Below, piece by piece: positions 1-9,212 of a DNA stretch of 64,000 bases. The translations under genes and the position numbers were made by a program. Origin of the DNA: Candidatus Saccharimonadota bacterium (GTDB taxonomy: Bacteria; Patescibacteriota; Saccharimonadia; Saccharimonadales; JACDBH01). Positions within the stretch are counted from its first letter, which is position 1. The number at the start of each line of letters is the position of its first letter. The notes below the pieces were generated by a model. That model was not told the DNA's origin. It did not search any database and saw nothing but the letters and a program-made list of their open reading frames with translations. The stretch covers positions 12,018 through 76,017 of the forward strand of contig JAQGGW010000001.1 of NCBI GenBank assembly GCA_028289135.1, in the 5' to 3' direction.

Positions 1-94
1 AGCCGCCTTTTATCGTCGAGTCTACGTTCGAAGTAGTCCACCTGTCTGCCGGTCCTTTAGTGTTAATTTGTCAGTGGTTTTTGTGTTTTTGTTT

Positions 95-266
95 TATGGA
101 TAAGTCTATTTTTGGCTTACCCACGATTACCCACTAGCGACAGCATACTACCCACACTTACCCACGTGCAAGTATATTATGCTGAGAAATGCCTCAGTTC
201 AATCCACTTATCCACAGTTTTACTGATCACCCTGCATATACACAACCTGTGGTGTATTGTGGGTTA
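95..266. promoter_or_regulatory. cluster of DnaA-box-like 9-mers (candidate oriC fragment or DnaA-regulated region)
   Basis: Read by eye: TTACCCACG 117-125, TTACCCACT 127-135, CTACCCACA 148-156, TTACCCACG 158-166, consensus TTATCCACA 208-216. Inverted copies: TATGGATAA 95-103 and TGTGGGTTA 258-266. T-rich tract at 75-99. No ORF >=60 aa in 1-497. Caveat: no dnaA/dnaN in the window, and genes to the right are on the minus strand. Confidence 0.4.
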
Positions 267-308
267 AACGCTACGCTATGGGCGGTGGTATAAGTATTAG
301 TACTTTTA

Positions 309-447
309 GAGTATTTACTCCCATTGCCCTATGCCTTGGAAGTTTCGGCACATTGATTTAGCCGCTGGAGACAGTTTTACGCTATTAAATCACTGTACTA
401 AAACCTCCCATGAACCCTCACTTTATAGCTAAAAACTCTGTAAAGCT
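309..447. ncRNA. long-hairpin element H1, copy 1 of 2 (homologous to 22394-22535)
   Basis: Hand alignment to 22394-22535. Arms 338-360 and 386-408 form an imperfect 23-bp stem. The 25-nt loop GCCGCTGGAGACAGTTTTACGCTAT is almost identical in the other copy. ORF-free. Confidence 0.45.
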
Positions 448-497
448 TATATTTTAGAAAATTTGTAAAAAACGCACCTTTAGGATAAAGTTAGCTC

Positions 498-908
498 ATG
501 AAAGTTGGAGATTTTGGCGGCGAATGGAAGAGCCAACAGATGGAATGGCCTCTGATTGCATCCCAAATACGTACCGTGCACTTTGAGCCAGCACATACAG
601 GACTTGTAGCCGTGCAAAGTATAGCCGAGGAAGATGGCACGGAATTGTCAATGCATTTGCGTTATGATGAAAATCATATAACTCTTACCGGGACTTGGGG
701 CATAGACCATCCTCCCGCAGAAGGCGCTAGTCATGGTATTTATTCTATCGGAGCATTACATCTTGCAAGAATAGGTTGGGATCAAACTTCGCAAGGTTCA
801 TTCAGTATTTTCGAAGGCATATGGACTGGTTCTATTGATTTTAGGCGCCGCCGGATGGATTCAGGAAGATTTATTCTACGGCAGTTGCCCTACGATATTT
901 CACAGTAA
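498..908 (+). CDS. hypothetical protein (136 aa)
   Basis: ORF track only. No motif recognised. Weak SD. Confidence 0.4.
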   Translation: MKVGDFGGEWKSQQMEWPLIASQIRTVHFEPAHTGLVAVQSIAEEDGTELSMHLRYDENHITLTGTWGIDHPPAEGASHGIYSIGALHLARIGWDQTSQGSFSIFEGIWTGSIDFRRRRMDSGRFILRQLPYDISQ

Positions 909-918
909 GTAAGCCCAT

Positions 919-2187
919 TTACTCCGAAGATTTAAGATGTGCAATTTGTTTAGCCCACCACTTGGCGCTGGGCCTAACGGTGCGTTTCATGTTGTTTTCG
1001 CGGTTCACATGTACCAGTCCAAAGTTTGGCCACCAGCCAAAGGCCCATTCAAAGTTGTCCAGCAGGCTCCAGTGCATGTAGCCAATCAACTTTACGCCTG
1101 CTTTGCGGGCTTTAATCAGCGACAACATCGTCTCTTTTAGCCACCACTGGCGGAACTCGTCTTTACTGTCGGCCACGCCGTTTTCGGTTATCATAATTGG
1201 CTTGTGGTAGCGCATCCATAGTTTGGTTGCTACTTCGCCGATACCGTCCGGTTCCATATAAAATCCCAGGTCACTCTTTGGCTCAAAGGGTTGGCTAATC
1301 TTAAAGCCGTCAAAATAGTTCGTAAAGTAATAATTAAAGCCAATAAAGTCGTTGCGGCGCTTGGTGCGGTCATAAAAGAAATAATTGCCAAACTTGTCGG
1401 CCATTTTTACGGCAATTTTGCTGGTTAGTTTATCTGTTTTGGCGACGTTATTGGCCATTTGGTAGGCGGCGCTTACCTGGATGTCCGGGTTAGCCTTTTT
1501 TATAATCAAATATGTCAGTTTGTGGATTTTAATTAGCACAAAAAACATTCTGAGTCTTTGCCATAGCGGCGCTTGCGGCGGTACTGGCACTCCGGCGTTC
1601 CACTCTGGGTAGGTAATATAGATGTTTGGCTCATTCAGGGTTAAAATAAACTTTACTTCATCCTTAAATTCTTCAGCCACCTTGCTAGCAAACCGCAAAA
1701 AATAGCCCATGTTAGCACTGCGCGCATATGCGCCCTTTTCTTCGAACCAAACCGGGTGCGTCCAGTGCCAAAGGTTCAAAACCGGCTCAATCCCCCGCTT
1801 TTTAAGCTCTGCCACGTAGTTGTGATAATGGTCAAACGCGCCTTTATCCCACACTCCCTCTTCGGGTTCTACCCTGCTCCACTCCAGCGTAAAACGGAAA
1901 GCGTTAAGGCCAAGGTCCTGCATAATGTCAAAGTCTTCGCGGTATTTGTGAAAATGGTCCACGCCCTTGCCGCTAACGTAATTTTCTGGAGTTTTAGCCT
2001 CTGGTGGAATCTTGATCCGTTGCCACTCTGGCAGTTTGGCCATCCGCGCCTCTACGCCGTTAGCCAGCTCCTTAGCATGAGCCAACTCCCAAACAGTCCA
2101 CTGGTCATAATTGCCGCCCTCAACCTGGTGCCCCGCCGTTGAAGCCCCCCACAAAAAATCATCATCGAATAGTTTAGCCATTAGCAC
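919..2187 (-). CDS. glycoside hydrolase family 1 beta-glucosidase
   Basis: GH1 catalytic motifs TLNEPN (acid/base Glu) and ITENG (nucleophile Glu). Full-length, 422 aa. Confidence 0.9.
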   Translation of the reverse strand: MLMAKLFDDDFLWGASTAGHQVEGGNYDQWTVWELAHAKELANGVEARMAKLPEWQRIKIPPEAKTPENYVSGKGVDHFHKYREDFDIMQDLGLNAFRFTLEWSRVEPEEGVWDKGAFDHYHNYVAELKKRGIEPVLNLWHWTHPVWFEEKGAYARSANMGYFLRFASKVAEEFKDEVKFILTLNEPNIYITYPEWNAGVPVPPQAPLWQRLRMFFVLIKIHKLTYLIIKKANPDIQVSAAYQMANNVAKTDKLTSKIAVKMADKFGNYFFYDRTKRRNDFIGFNYYFTNYFDGFKISQPFEPKSDLGFYMEPDGIGEVATKLWMRYHKPIMITENGVADSKDEFRQWWLKETMLSLIKARKAGVKLIGYMHWSLLDNFEWAFGWWPNFGLVHVNRENNMKRTVRPSAKWWAKQIAHLKSSE

Positions 2188-2249
2188 TTATTGTACCAGA
2201 TCAAGCGGTGATTGTTATTTAGTGTGATTAGTTTTATAATATACTAAAT

Positions 2250-2930
2250 ATGATCTCTGTTGAGTGTGGAGAACACGATAGCACTGGTTTTGCTGATTTA
2301 GAAGAAGCCATTTCCCTTGCCAAGGCGCAGGGTATTTCGAATGCAAAAAACGCGATTAGTCCTGATTTGCTGTGGGATCTTCACTCTTTTGCGCAGATGG
2401 TTGCAATGGGAGCTACAGACATACTACCAGGCGTTAGGCCTTCGGTGGCTGGGCTCGCACATTTGGCCGTTCATTCAATCGACCCATCCCAGGTATCGGG
2501 CGGCGTTAGTAAAGTGCTGAAAGGGGCTGAGGCAAAAATACAGCTAGGTGCCGGCGAGAGCCTACCACGATGGCGACCAACTAGCAGCCTTACTGGAGTT
2601 CGTATGGTGGCAATGACAGATGGTGCTAAATTTTACCCCCACACTGATGACTACGAAGGGCTAGTAGCCTCCTTACAGATTGCGGTAGATGACAAAAAGA
2701 TCATGAACGCCAAGGTAAATGGGTCTTGGGAGACTGAACAGATCGTTAAAGGAGACATAACATTTTTTGGTTGTGATACATTCAGTGCACAACCACGCGT
2801 TGAACATGGTTTTACTTTTTCCGGCCTTCTAGCAGTTGCTTTTACCCTGGGTCAAGATCCTTTTTACACCATTTCTGGTAACTATCCGTCTCAAAGAGAA
2901 CACCCTGAGTTCTTCGTAGATATTCAGTAA
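2250..2930 (+). CDS. hypothetical protein (226 aa)
   Basis: ORF track. AT-richer accessory stretch. Convergent with 2932-3249. Confidence 0.45.
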   Translation: MISVECGEHDSTGFADLEEAISLAKAQGISNAKNAISPDLLWDLHSFAQMVAMGATDILPGVRPSVAGLAHLAVHSIDPSQVSGGVSKVLKGAEAKIQLGAGESLPRWRPTSSLTGVRMVAMTDGAKFYPHTDDYEGLVASLQIAVDDKKIMNAKVNGSWETEQIVKGDITFFGCDTFSAQPRVEHGFTFSGLLAVAFTLGQDPFYTISGNYPSQREHPEFFVDIQ

Positions 2931-2931
2931 A

Positions 2932-3249
2932 TTAAACTAATACTAAACGAAAGTTATCAGATGCTACACGCAAACCTGTATCTTTGATATACTCCAGTTT
3001 CTTTTCCGATGACGAATCTCTTAAATCGCGCGGTAGACGTGAATTCAAGTAATAAAATAGGTCTGATACTTCAACTTTACGTTGATTATCTTCAATAGGA
3101 ATAATGCCTACTCTTTGCCAAACATCACTTTCAATATCTTCGTTAAGCTCAAAAACAAACTTACCATTAAAGCTGATGGTTCCGAATTCCTTCTTTAAAG
3201 CATCGTTAACCAACCTAAATTTTACAAGAGTATGAGCTTCCTTATTCAT
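2932..3249 (-). CDS. small protein of HipS-like size (105 aa), third gene of the helicase-kinase unit
   Basis: Starts 7 nt after the kinase stop. LFYYLNSRLPRDLRD loosely resembles the LLP motif of the HipA N-terminal subdomain. Tentative. Confidence 0.45.
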   Translation of the reverse strand: MNKEAHTLVKFRLVNDALKKEFGTISFNGKFVFELNEDIESDVWQRVGIIPIEDNQRKVEVSDLFYYLNSRLPRDLRDSSSEKKLEYIKDTGLRVASDNFRLVLV

Positions 3250-3256
3250 AAGCCAA

Positions 3257-4222
3257 TTATAGCATGCTCAGTAGTTCGTCTCTTCGAATAATAATGGAAC
3301 GTATTAGTAATTCTTTTCTATTAGTTGAATAATCTAACTCTTTCGCGTTCGGCATCTTAGCTATTGCTTTTGCAATCTCCATTAAAGAGGCTTGTCCAAG
3401 AGGTAGAACTGCTTTTTTAAATCGCTTACCCCATTCAGTATTTTCAATGATGTTTTGTCTAATTACCTCAAATACATTGCATTCATTCCCATCCGTATCT
3501 TTCAGGAATGAATAATTAGCACCAAATATATACTTGGATCTAAAGAGGTCTTCATTGGCTAAATATTCCCCGATCTTTCCTTCCGATTTAATTTCAAACA
3601 TCAGACTGCTGCCATGGTCATAAAGTGGTACAAAATGCCGTTTTTCAACAAGAGTGTTCTTCCCAAAAAGTAACTGCTGGCGATACTGCAAGTGCTCAAC
3701 AATCCCCCAGTTCTCATGATGTCGATCCATATTGCCAATGATTGCATCAAATACTATCATTTGAGCAAAACTTTGCAATAAGTCTTCTGGTGCGTAGTAC
3801 TGTTTTCGAATATCTGTTTCTATTTGACTTAGTGTAAGAGCGTCAGATGCAGTTCCGACAATTTTTGCCCCATATACAATTTCTTCATCTTTCAGGAATA
3901 TGTCCCGAGCCAGTGTACCAATTGGTTTCCAGTCACTAGGCAAATACTTACCGTAATTGCCCTTCAGGATCTTTATCATATTAGTTGAGGCTTTTTTAAT
4001 CACTACTTTCTGTATTGGTATACCGAATATCTCGCCCAAATGACTAGCTAAGCATTCTGCCCAGACCTCCCTAGAATTATGAGAGTAAGTCTTAAAAAGA
4101 AATCTTTTTCCTGTAATTGCATGCTCTAGCGTGACCCTTGGCCTACTACCTCCGGATACTTGGATTCTAATTGTGGGTTTGTAACGTGCATGGTCTATTG
4201 TCTCTAAAGTAAAGTGTTTCAT
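3257..4222 (-). CDS. HipA_C / PI3-4-kinase-fold Ser/Thr kinase (HipT-like, 321 aa)
   Basis: Catalytic loop GNMDRHHENWG (DxHxxN) and Mg-site-like LYDHGSS. The start ATG overlaps the helicase stop (ATGA at 4219-4222). Confidence 0.7.
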   Translation of the reverse strand: MKHFTLETIDHARYKPTIRIQVSGGSRPRVTLEHAITGKRFLFKTYSHNSREVWAECLASHLGEIFGIPIQKVVIKKASTNMIKILKGNYGKYLPSDWKPIGTLARDIFLKDEEIVYGAKIVGTASDALTLSQIETDIRKQYYAPEDLLQSFAQMIVFDAIIGNMDRHHENWGIVEHLQYRQQLLFGKNTLVEKRHFVPLYDHGSSLMFEIKSEGKIGEYLANEDLFRSKYIFGANYSFLKDTDGNECNVFEVIRQNIIENTEWGKRFKKAVLPLGQASLMEIAKAIAKMPNAKELDYSTNRKELLIRSIIIRRDELLSML

Positions 4223-5766
4223 GCAATGATCTCTTCGCCGAAGTGTTTTTTGAGGCGGGCGCGGATGGAGCCGGGATGGCGGCCTAATAATTTGCTGAGC
4301 TTTTTAACTTCGGTGATAGAGGCAAAGAGTTTTATTAGTTTTTCGTCTTCGGTTTTGCTCCATGGTTTGTAGGCGTTTGGGTAGTCGGCACGCATTTTGT
4401 CGAGTTTTTCTTGCCAGGCACCGTTTTTTACGGCTTTGGGCTTTTCTTCTGGTTCGGGCTTTAGCTTGCGCTCCGCTTCCCTGGCAGACCAGCTTGCAAT
4501 TACATCTTGATTGTCACGCACGGCGGCTTCGCTTCGGGCACGAAGCTCGGCGTCAATCTCGCGCGCCAGTGGCGAAACACGCAGTGCCATACCGTTAAAA
4601 CCGTCTAAAATCAGGTGTTTTAGACCGCGGACACGGCTTAAAGCCACATAGCCCATGCCCTCGACAAATGCCCGCCTAAGGTCAATCCGGGCTGCATCCA
4701 GCGTCATACCTTGGCTTTTGTGCACGGTAATGGCCCAAGCTAACCGAAGCGGTAACTGCGAAAGCTGTGCCCGCCGGCGCTCACCGTCCACTAGCTCCCA
4801 GGTGTCTGGTTTTATCGTTACTTCACGACCGCTTAGCAGCTGCACAATCGGGTAATCACTGCCGGGCTCAAAGCCCACTACTGTCCCGAGCGAGCCATTT
4901 ACATATTTCTTTTCCTGGCTGTTTTTAATGCACATCACAATCGCGCCTTTTTTTAACCGCAATGTTTCGCTGGCCAAACATGACCGTTTAAGTGTCTCAA
5001 CATATTGTTTGCCTCCGGTTGTTTCCATCGGATACTCATGCTCTTCGCCGTCAAGCTCGGCCAAATGTTCGAGGTTAATAGTGTCCACATCGGCATTGGT
5101 CGTCAGGAGCCGTGTGCGCGGTGTAAAAGGGTCATCCACCGCTTCCCCACGCGCCGTTAGCGCGTTTAGCTGGCTCTGCTTTAAAAATCCTGCCCGGATT
5201 CCGTTTAAAATGTCAGTGTAGGCGGTGTCGTCCACCTGTCGGTATTGCCGTTCCAAATAACAAACCGTAAATGTGCCGCTAATCCAAGCCTGCGAAGCAG
5301 TTACAAAACTTCCTGCCCTGCTGTCGTGCCGGCTAACGGGCGGCAGCTGGAAAAAGTCTCCACAAAGCACCACCTGGATGCCGCCAAAAGGGCGGTCGCC
5401 GCCGCGCACAGTCCGTGCAACTTCCTCCACCATGTCCAGGCGGAAGTCGTGCAGCATGCTAATTTCATCAACTATTAAAACGTCGGTGTTCATAATGGTG
5501 TCGTGCCGCGCCTTGGAGAGTTTTTGGAAAAAACCTCGGCCCAGTTCGTCCCGGACGCCTATCCCGCTCCAGGCGTGAAGCGTGTTGCCGTTTAAGTGCG
5601 TTGCCGCAAGCCCTGTCGTGGCAGTCACGGCAATGCTCTTGCCATCCTTGCGCGCCCGGCGGATAAACTGATTCAAAACAAAGGTTTTACCGGTACCAGC
5701 AGCACCAGTCAGCAAAACTGACTGCCCCGATTCTAATATTGCTAGTGCTTCGTCCTGTGTCATCAA
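4219..5766 (-). CDS. Pif1/RecD-family SF1 DNA helicase with C-terminal HTH-like tail
   Basis: Walker A GAAGTGKTF, motif II VDEISM, GDFFQLPPV, TVHKSQGMT. The basic C-terminal ~60 aa look like a helix-turn-helix. Confidence 0.85.
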   Translation of the reverse strand: MMTQDEALAILESGQSVLLTGAAGTGKTFVLNQFIRRARKDGKSIAVTATTGLAATHLNGNTLHAWSGIGVRDELGRGFFQKLSKARHDTIMNTDVLIVDEISMLHDFRLDMVEEVARTVRGGDRPFGGIQVVLCGDFFQLPPVSRHDSRAGSFVTASQAWISGTFTVCYLERQYRQVDDTAYTDILNGIRAGFLKQSQLNALTARGEAVDDPFTPRTRLLTTNADVDTINLEHLAELDGEEHEYPMETTGGKQYVETLKRSCLASETLRLKKGAIVMCIKNSQEKKYVNGSLGTVVGFEPGSDYPIVQLLSGREVTIKPDTWELVDGERRRAQLSQLPLRLAWAITVHKSQGMTLDAARIDLRRAFVEGMGYVALSRVRGLKHLILDGFNGMALRVSPLAREIDAELRARSEAAVRDNQDVIASWSAREAERKLKPEPEEKPKAVKNGAWQEKLDKMRADYPNAYKPWSKTEDEKLIKLFASITEVKKLSKLLGRHPGSIRARLKKHFGEEIIA

Positions 5767-5834
5767 ATATCCTTTAGTAACAGTATAGAGTAATGCCCCG
5801 CCTGAACTTGGTCAAGAATTAAATCTACAACACA

Positions 5835-6467
5835 CTATTTCTTGGTAGGTTTTTTGTTGAAGCCTTTATAAGCTAGGTCGCGGCGCTTTTCGTCGAGCCG
5901 GATAATGTATTTGTCGAAAGGTTTTAATAGGCTCGAATATTGCCAGTTTGGCGCCAGCAGGCTGTCCAGCTTTTGCTGCTCCACAAGGTATTCAACCAGG
6001 CCAAAGAAGTCCCCGTCCCCTGATACAACGACGGCTTTGTTATAATTTGGCATTTCCTTAACGGCATAGAGCACCAGCTCGGCGTCAACATTGCCCTTTG
6101 TCGCCGGTTTTTTATCTTCGGGCTTTTCGGTATGAGTTTTAATCCGCTCGGCAAGGTCAGCTTTTTCTTGGTCGGTTGACTGTTTGGCAAACATTTCGAG
6201 CGTTGGTTTTAATACAATCAAATAACCAAGGTCATGCATCTGGTCATACAGCTTTTCGTTGTCCGGCAAATAGCCAATAAACATATAGGCTTTCTCGACG
6301 TTGTGAACTTCTTTTAAATACAACCGAAACCGTCGCCAGTCCATTTTCCAACCCATTTTTTGGATTCCAAGGTTCAGGTTTTGGCTGTCAATAAAGGCGT
6401 AGTTGGCTTTAGCGGGCTTGGGTTGCTGCTTATTCTGCGGTTTTTTATTTCGCCGGAACGGTTTCAT
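5835..6467 (-). CDS. NYN/LabA-like domain protein (putative RNase fold)
   Basis: AFIDSQNLNLG near the N-terminus and VVSGDGDF, typical of the NYN (PF01936) family. Confidence 0.75.
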   Translation of the reverse strand: MKPFRRNKKPQNKQQPKPAKANYAFIDSQNLNLGIQKMGWKMDWRRFRLYLKEVHNVEKAYMFIGYLPDNEKLYDQMHDLGYLIVLKPTLEMFAKQSTDQEKADLAERIKTHTEKPEDKKPATKGNVDAELVLYAVKEMPNYNKAVVVSGDGDFFGLVEYLVEQQKLDSLLAPNWQYSSLLKPFDKYIIRLDEKRRDLAYKGFNKKPTKK

Positions 6468-6487
6468 TTGTCTATATCATACCATCT

Positions 6488-6871
6488 TTAGATTTTGCGT
6501 GAATCGTAGGCCCAATGAAGTAGTGCTTGGCGCTGACGACGCCGGCAAGTTAAATCCCCCGGCATACAGTATTTCTTAATCTGGCCTGCGTGCCGGCGGA
6601 TGGCTTTCCAGCGTTTTATTTGGCGCTGATCTTCGGCCGGGATTCTCCGCCCCAAATAATAACGGCAATACCACTGGAACCAGCCGCGCGGATCGTCGTC
6701 GTATATCCAGCCTTTTGCTTGCCAAACACTCAGCGGCTGGCTGGCAGCAACTTCGAAAAAGTTCAGCATTGGGTCGCCGACTGGGCTCAACCTAGCATTT
6801 TTTGTCCACTCGGCCGGAAACTCGTTGTAACTGTCAAAATAATGCCCGTTAAACACACCTAGCTCAAACAT
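6488..6871 (-). CDS. conserved hypothetical protein (127 aa)
   Basis: ORF track. Distinctive GWFQWYCRYYLGRR...QIKRW segment. Family not identified. Confidence 0.55.
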   Translation of the reverse strand: MFELGVFNGHYFDSYNEFPAEWTKNARLSPVGDPMLNFFEVAASQPLSVWQAKGWIYDDDPRGWFQWYCRYYLGRRIPAEDQRQIKRWKAIRRHAGQIKKYCMPGDLTCRRRQRQALLHWAYDSRKI

Positions 6872-6986
6872 CTCCTGAGGTGTTAATTCGGGCTTAAATT
6901 CAGCATTAAAATTTTTGCCTACAGGTTCAACCAGATCATAGGTATAATCCTGGAACCTATCTGTTACGTGTACTTTTTTTATATAC

Positions 6987-7412
6987 CTAGACTCCCATAA
7001 AACCGATGATTAGGGCCATGACAAGCAAAGTTACAAGTTCATGACCGGCATTCACAACAGTTAGCAGCTTACGGCGCTCTTCAAACGTGTCATGCACATA
7101 TAGCCTAGTGGCTGTAAAGCCAAGCCATAACCATGCCGCGGTACTTAGCGCGTCAATAAGGTAGCTATGACCAAAAAACCGGTTACTTAAAAAAGCGACA
7201 TGTGCCAAAATATAAGCCGTAACAAGCGAAGCTACAAAAACTGACCCATACATCCATGCCATTTTGCCAGCGCTAGCGCCTTTGCCCATTTTTGATTTTG
7301 TCATCTTCATCCAGCCATTGCCAAACACCTTAGGCGCGTACCAGATTGACCCTACGACCATACTCGAAACAGCAGCCAGCACCACTGCTAGCCAGTTAAT
7401 TTCAACACTCAT
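6987..7412 (-). CDS. DUF1761-like membrane protein
   Basis: Four hydrophobic spans. N-terminal INWLAVVLAAV...GSIWYAPKVFG is typical of DUF1761. Confidence 0.65.
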   Translation of the reverse strand: MSVEINWLAVVLAAVSSMVVGSIWYAPKVFGNGWMKMTKSKMGKGASAGKMAWMYGSVFVASLVTAYILAHVAFLSNRFFGHSYLIDALSTAAWLWLGFTATRLYVHDTFEERRKLLTVVNAGHELVTLLVMALIIGFMGV

Positions 7413-7508
7413 ACCATTGCCCTCCTTTGAAGAACATTATTATAAGCCTGAGTATGCTCTTAGCTTTTAGTTTTGTCTATATATCATTTCTTAATGCGGT
7501 GGTTCCCT

Positions 7509-8225
7509 TTAGATCGGTAATTCCATGCTCCATATCCTGAAAAAATGAAGCCCTTCGCTGATTCGCGGTGCTTCCGGAGCTGCTATCTCAGTTTGTTCGG
7601 TGCCTTCCTGCGGCTTCCCGGAAATTTCAGCATCTTTGGCCGCTTTCTCGGCCAACTTTGCTGCTAGTTCGGCTGCCTTTTGAGCCTCTGCAATTATGAG
7701 TTCGTGGTCGCCTATTCTCTTCCCGGAAGTTTTGCCTTTTATTTCCAGCGGCTCCCATGGGTATGTCACCCAATTCCCAAAATCTGCTGCATGAAGGTCT
7801 GGACGGCGATAAGGGATGTTAGCCTCATAATGTATTACTGCTGTCGTAACTGTGCGAACGCCCCTTTCAAGAAGCAGAAGCTTTGTCTCAGTCATGGCAA
7901 TACCTGTACGCCAGGCGTCTTTAACAAATAGTGCATTAGCACCTGCATTTTCATCCGCAACTTCTCTCATTCTGTCTTCGTCGTCTTGTTCTGGAAGCAC
8001 ACGAGGAAGACCAAGCCCCAAAACGCTGGCCAACATGTTAGCGGTAAATACAGAACTAAATCTAGGGATTGTTAATACTGTATCAAATCTAAAACCATCT
8101 CCTTGTTGCGCTGCATACTTCTCCGCTTCCTCCCCTAGATGAAGAATTGCATCATGAATACTGAAGTAATTCTCGGTGTATTCTATTCTTTGCTTAGTAG
8201 GAACAGCTTCACCAGGTGCGGCCAT
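7509..8225 (-). CDS. Gpt-like phosphoribosyltransferase-fold protein with degenerate PRPP loop (238 aa)
   Basis: Layout parallels E. coli Gpt: TIPRFSSVFTANMLASVLG vs AVSRGGLVPGALLA, and NWVTYPWEP vs TWIEQPWD. The PRPP motif is FVKDAWRTGIAM instead of VIDDLVDTGGT. Confidence 0.5.
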   Translation of the reverse strand: MAAPGEAVPTKQRIEYTENYFSIHDAILHLGEEAEKYAAQQGDGFRFDTVLTIPRFSSVFTANMLASVLGLGLPRVLPEQDDEDRMREVADENAGANALFVKDAWRTGIAMTETKLLLLERGVRTVTTAVIHYEANIPYRRPDLHAADFGNWVTYPWEPLEIKGKTSGKRIGDHELIIAEAQKAAELAAKLAEKAAKDAEISGKPQEGTEQTEIAAPEAPRISEGLHFFRIWSMELPI

Positions 8226-8276
8226 TGCATTTTTCCCTATTTATAATGTAAGTATAAGCGCTTTAAAGAATTGGTC

Positions 8277-8295
8277 TATTGTGCTTTTGTCTACG
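8277..8295. repeat. 19-nt repeat TATTGTGCTTTTGTCTACG, copy 1 (upstream of 7509-8225)
   Basis: Identical 19-mer at 9213-9231. Each copy lies upstream (minus strand) of one PRTase-like paralog. Both are followed by a similar GCTTATACTT (-10-like) segment. Confidence 0.7.
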
Positions 8296-9154
8296 CCGCA
8301 AATGCAAAGTGCTCATTGCGTGCCTTTATTAGATCATGCCAATGGTCAGGAATAGGTGGAAGTGGCTCCGCTTTACTTCTTTCATTTGCTTCCATATGTT
8401 CAAAATACTTAGGGTGTGTATTAAATAGCTGTCTCATGTACCAAATCCGTTGCTCATCACTTTCCATTTGATTTTCATACCTAACCCACTTATCTGCCAG
8501 CATTCTAAGTACAATCCCACTTACTGGTATCCCGTTTTCCTTTGCATATAATGCAGTCTCAAACCAATTTGCTCCCTCTGGCATATTTGGAACTACGTTT
8601 CCAGATACTGCTCTTACTGCTTTGTCTTTGTCTCTTAGATCATCAGCAAACAGAAAGTTTTTCATTCCTTTCATGTCTGCTTGTTGTGGGGTAGACCAAA
8701 TCTCCACATCAGTTAACGCGTTGTCGAATTCATCATAACCATTCGTTTGAGCGGAATTAATATGTCCAATAACTCTGCCCGTATCGCTTCTGGTGGTAAT
8801 CATATAGCCTGCTTCTTGCCCCAATACTAGACCACCTTTTGCAATCGGTATTACCATGTCTACCGGCGGCAGTAATAGTTTCAGACCTTGCATAAGTAGA
8901 CGTATGTCACGTTCTACGACCCAGTTAGGTGCCAGATATTCAATTTTTCCTTTTTGATTTTCTACAGGGTATAAACCACGTTCAGTGCCTTCGGGATAAG
9001 TTATAAGTCCTTCCGGAAATAAGATAACCCCATCAGCGTACGCAGGAGGCCGCAGGTTTATGGTACTGGTTTGCGGTACTAATAATCTTTGTTCTGAAGT
9101 TTCAAAAGAACTATTACTTAAAGGATTTCCGTTCGCCGCGAGTAATTCAGCCAT
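8291..9154 (-). CDS. Gpt-like phosphoribosyltransferase-fold protein, paralog with degenerate PRPP loop
   Basis: VIPIAKGGLVLGQEAG and FLFADDLRDKDKAV (DD kept, DTGGT lost). I place the start at ATG 9154 (MAELLA...) because of the SD AAGGAAGGG. The ORF track extends to 9208. Confidence 0.5.
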   Translation of the reverse strand: MAELLAANGNPLSNSSFETSEQRLLVPQTSTINLRPPAYADGVILFPEGLITYPEGTERGLYPVENQKGKIEYLAPNWVVERDIRLLMQGLKLLLPPVDMVIPIAKGGLVLGQEAGYMITTRSDTGRVIGHINSAQTNGYDEFDNALTDVEIWSTPQQADMKGMKNFLFADDLRDKDKAVRAVSGNVVPNMPEGANWFETALYAKENGIPVSGIVLRMLADKWVRYENQMESDEQRIWYMRQLFNTHPKYFEHMEANERSKAEPLPPIPDHWHDLIKARNEHFAFAA

Positions 9155-9212
9155 ATATCCCTTCCTTAAAATAGAAGTATAAGCAAAAAGACTGCAAAGC
9201 ATTAACAAAATG

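Noticed and set aside
1-60. A GTTCGAA-containing palindrome at the window start that looked like a tRNA/tmRNA T-arm.
   Set aside because: The stem pairs poorly (4 bp plus a mismatch) and the closing pair is not G-C in the right orientation. No acceptor stem or CCA-compatible 3' end follows on either strand.
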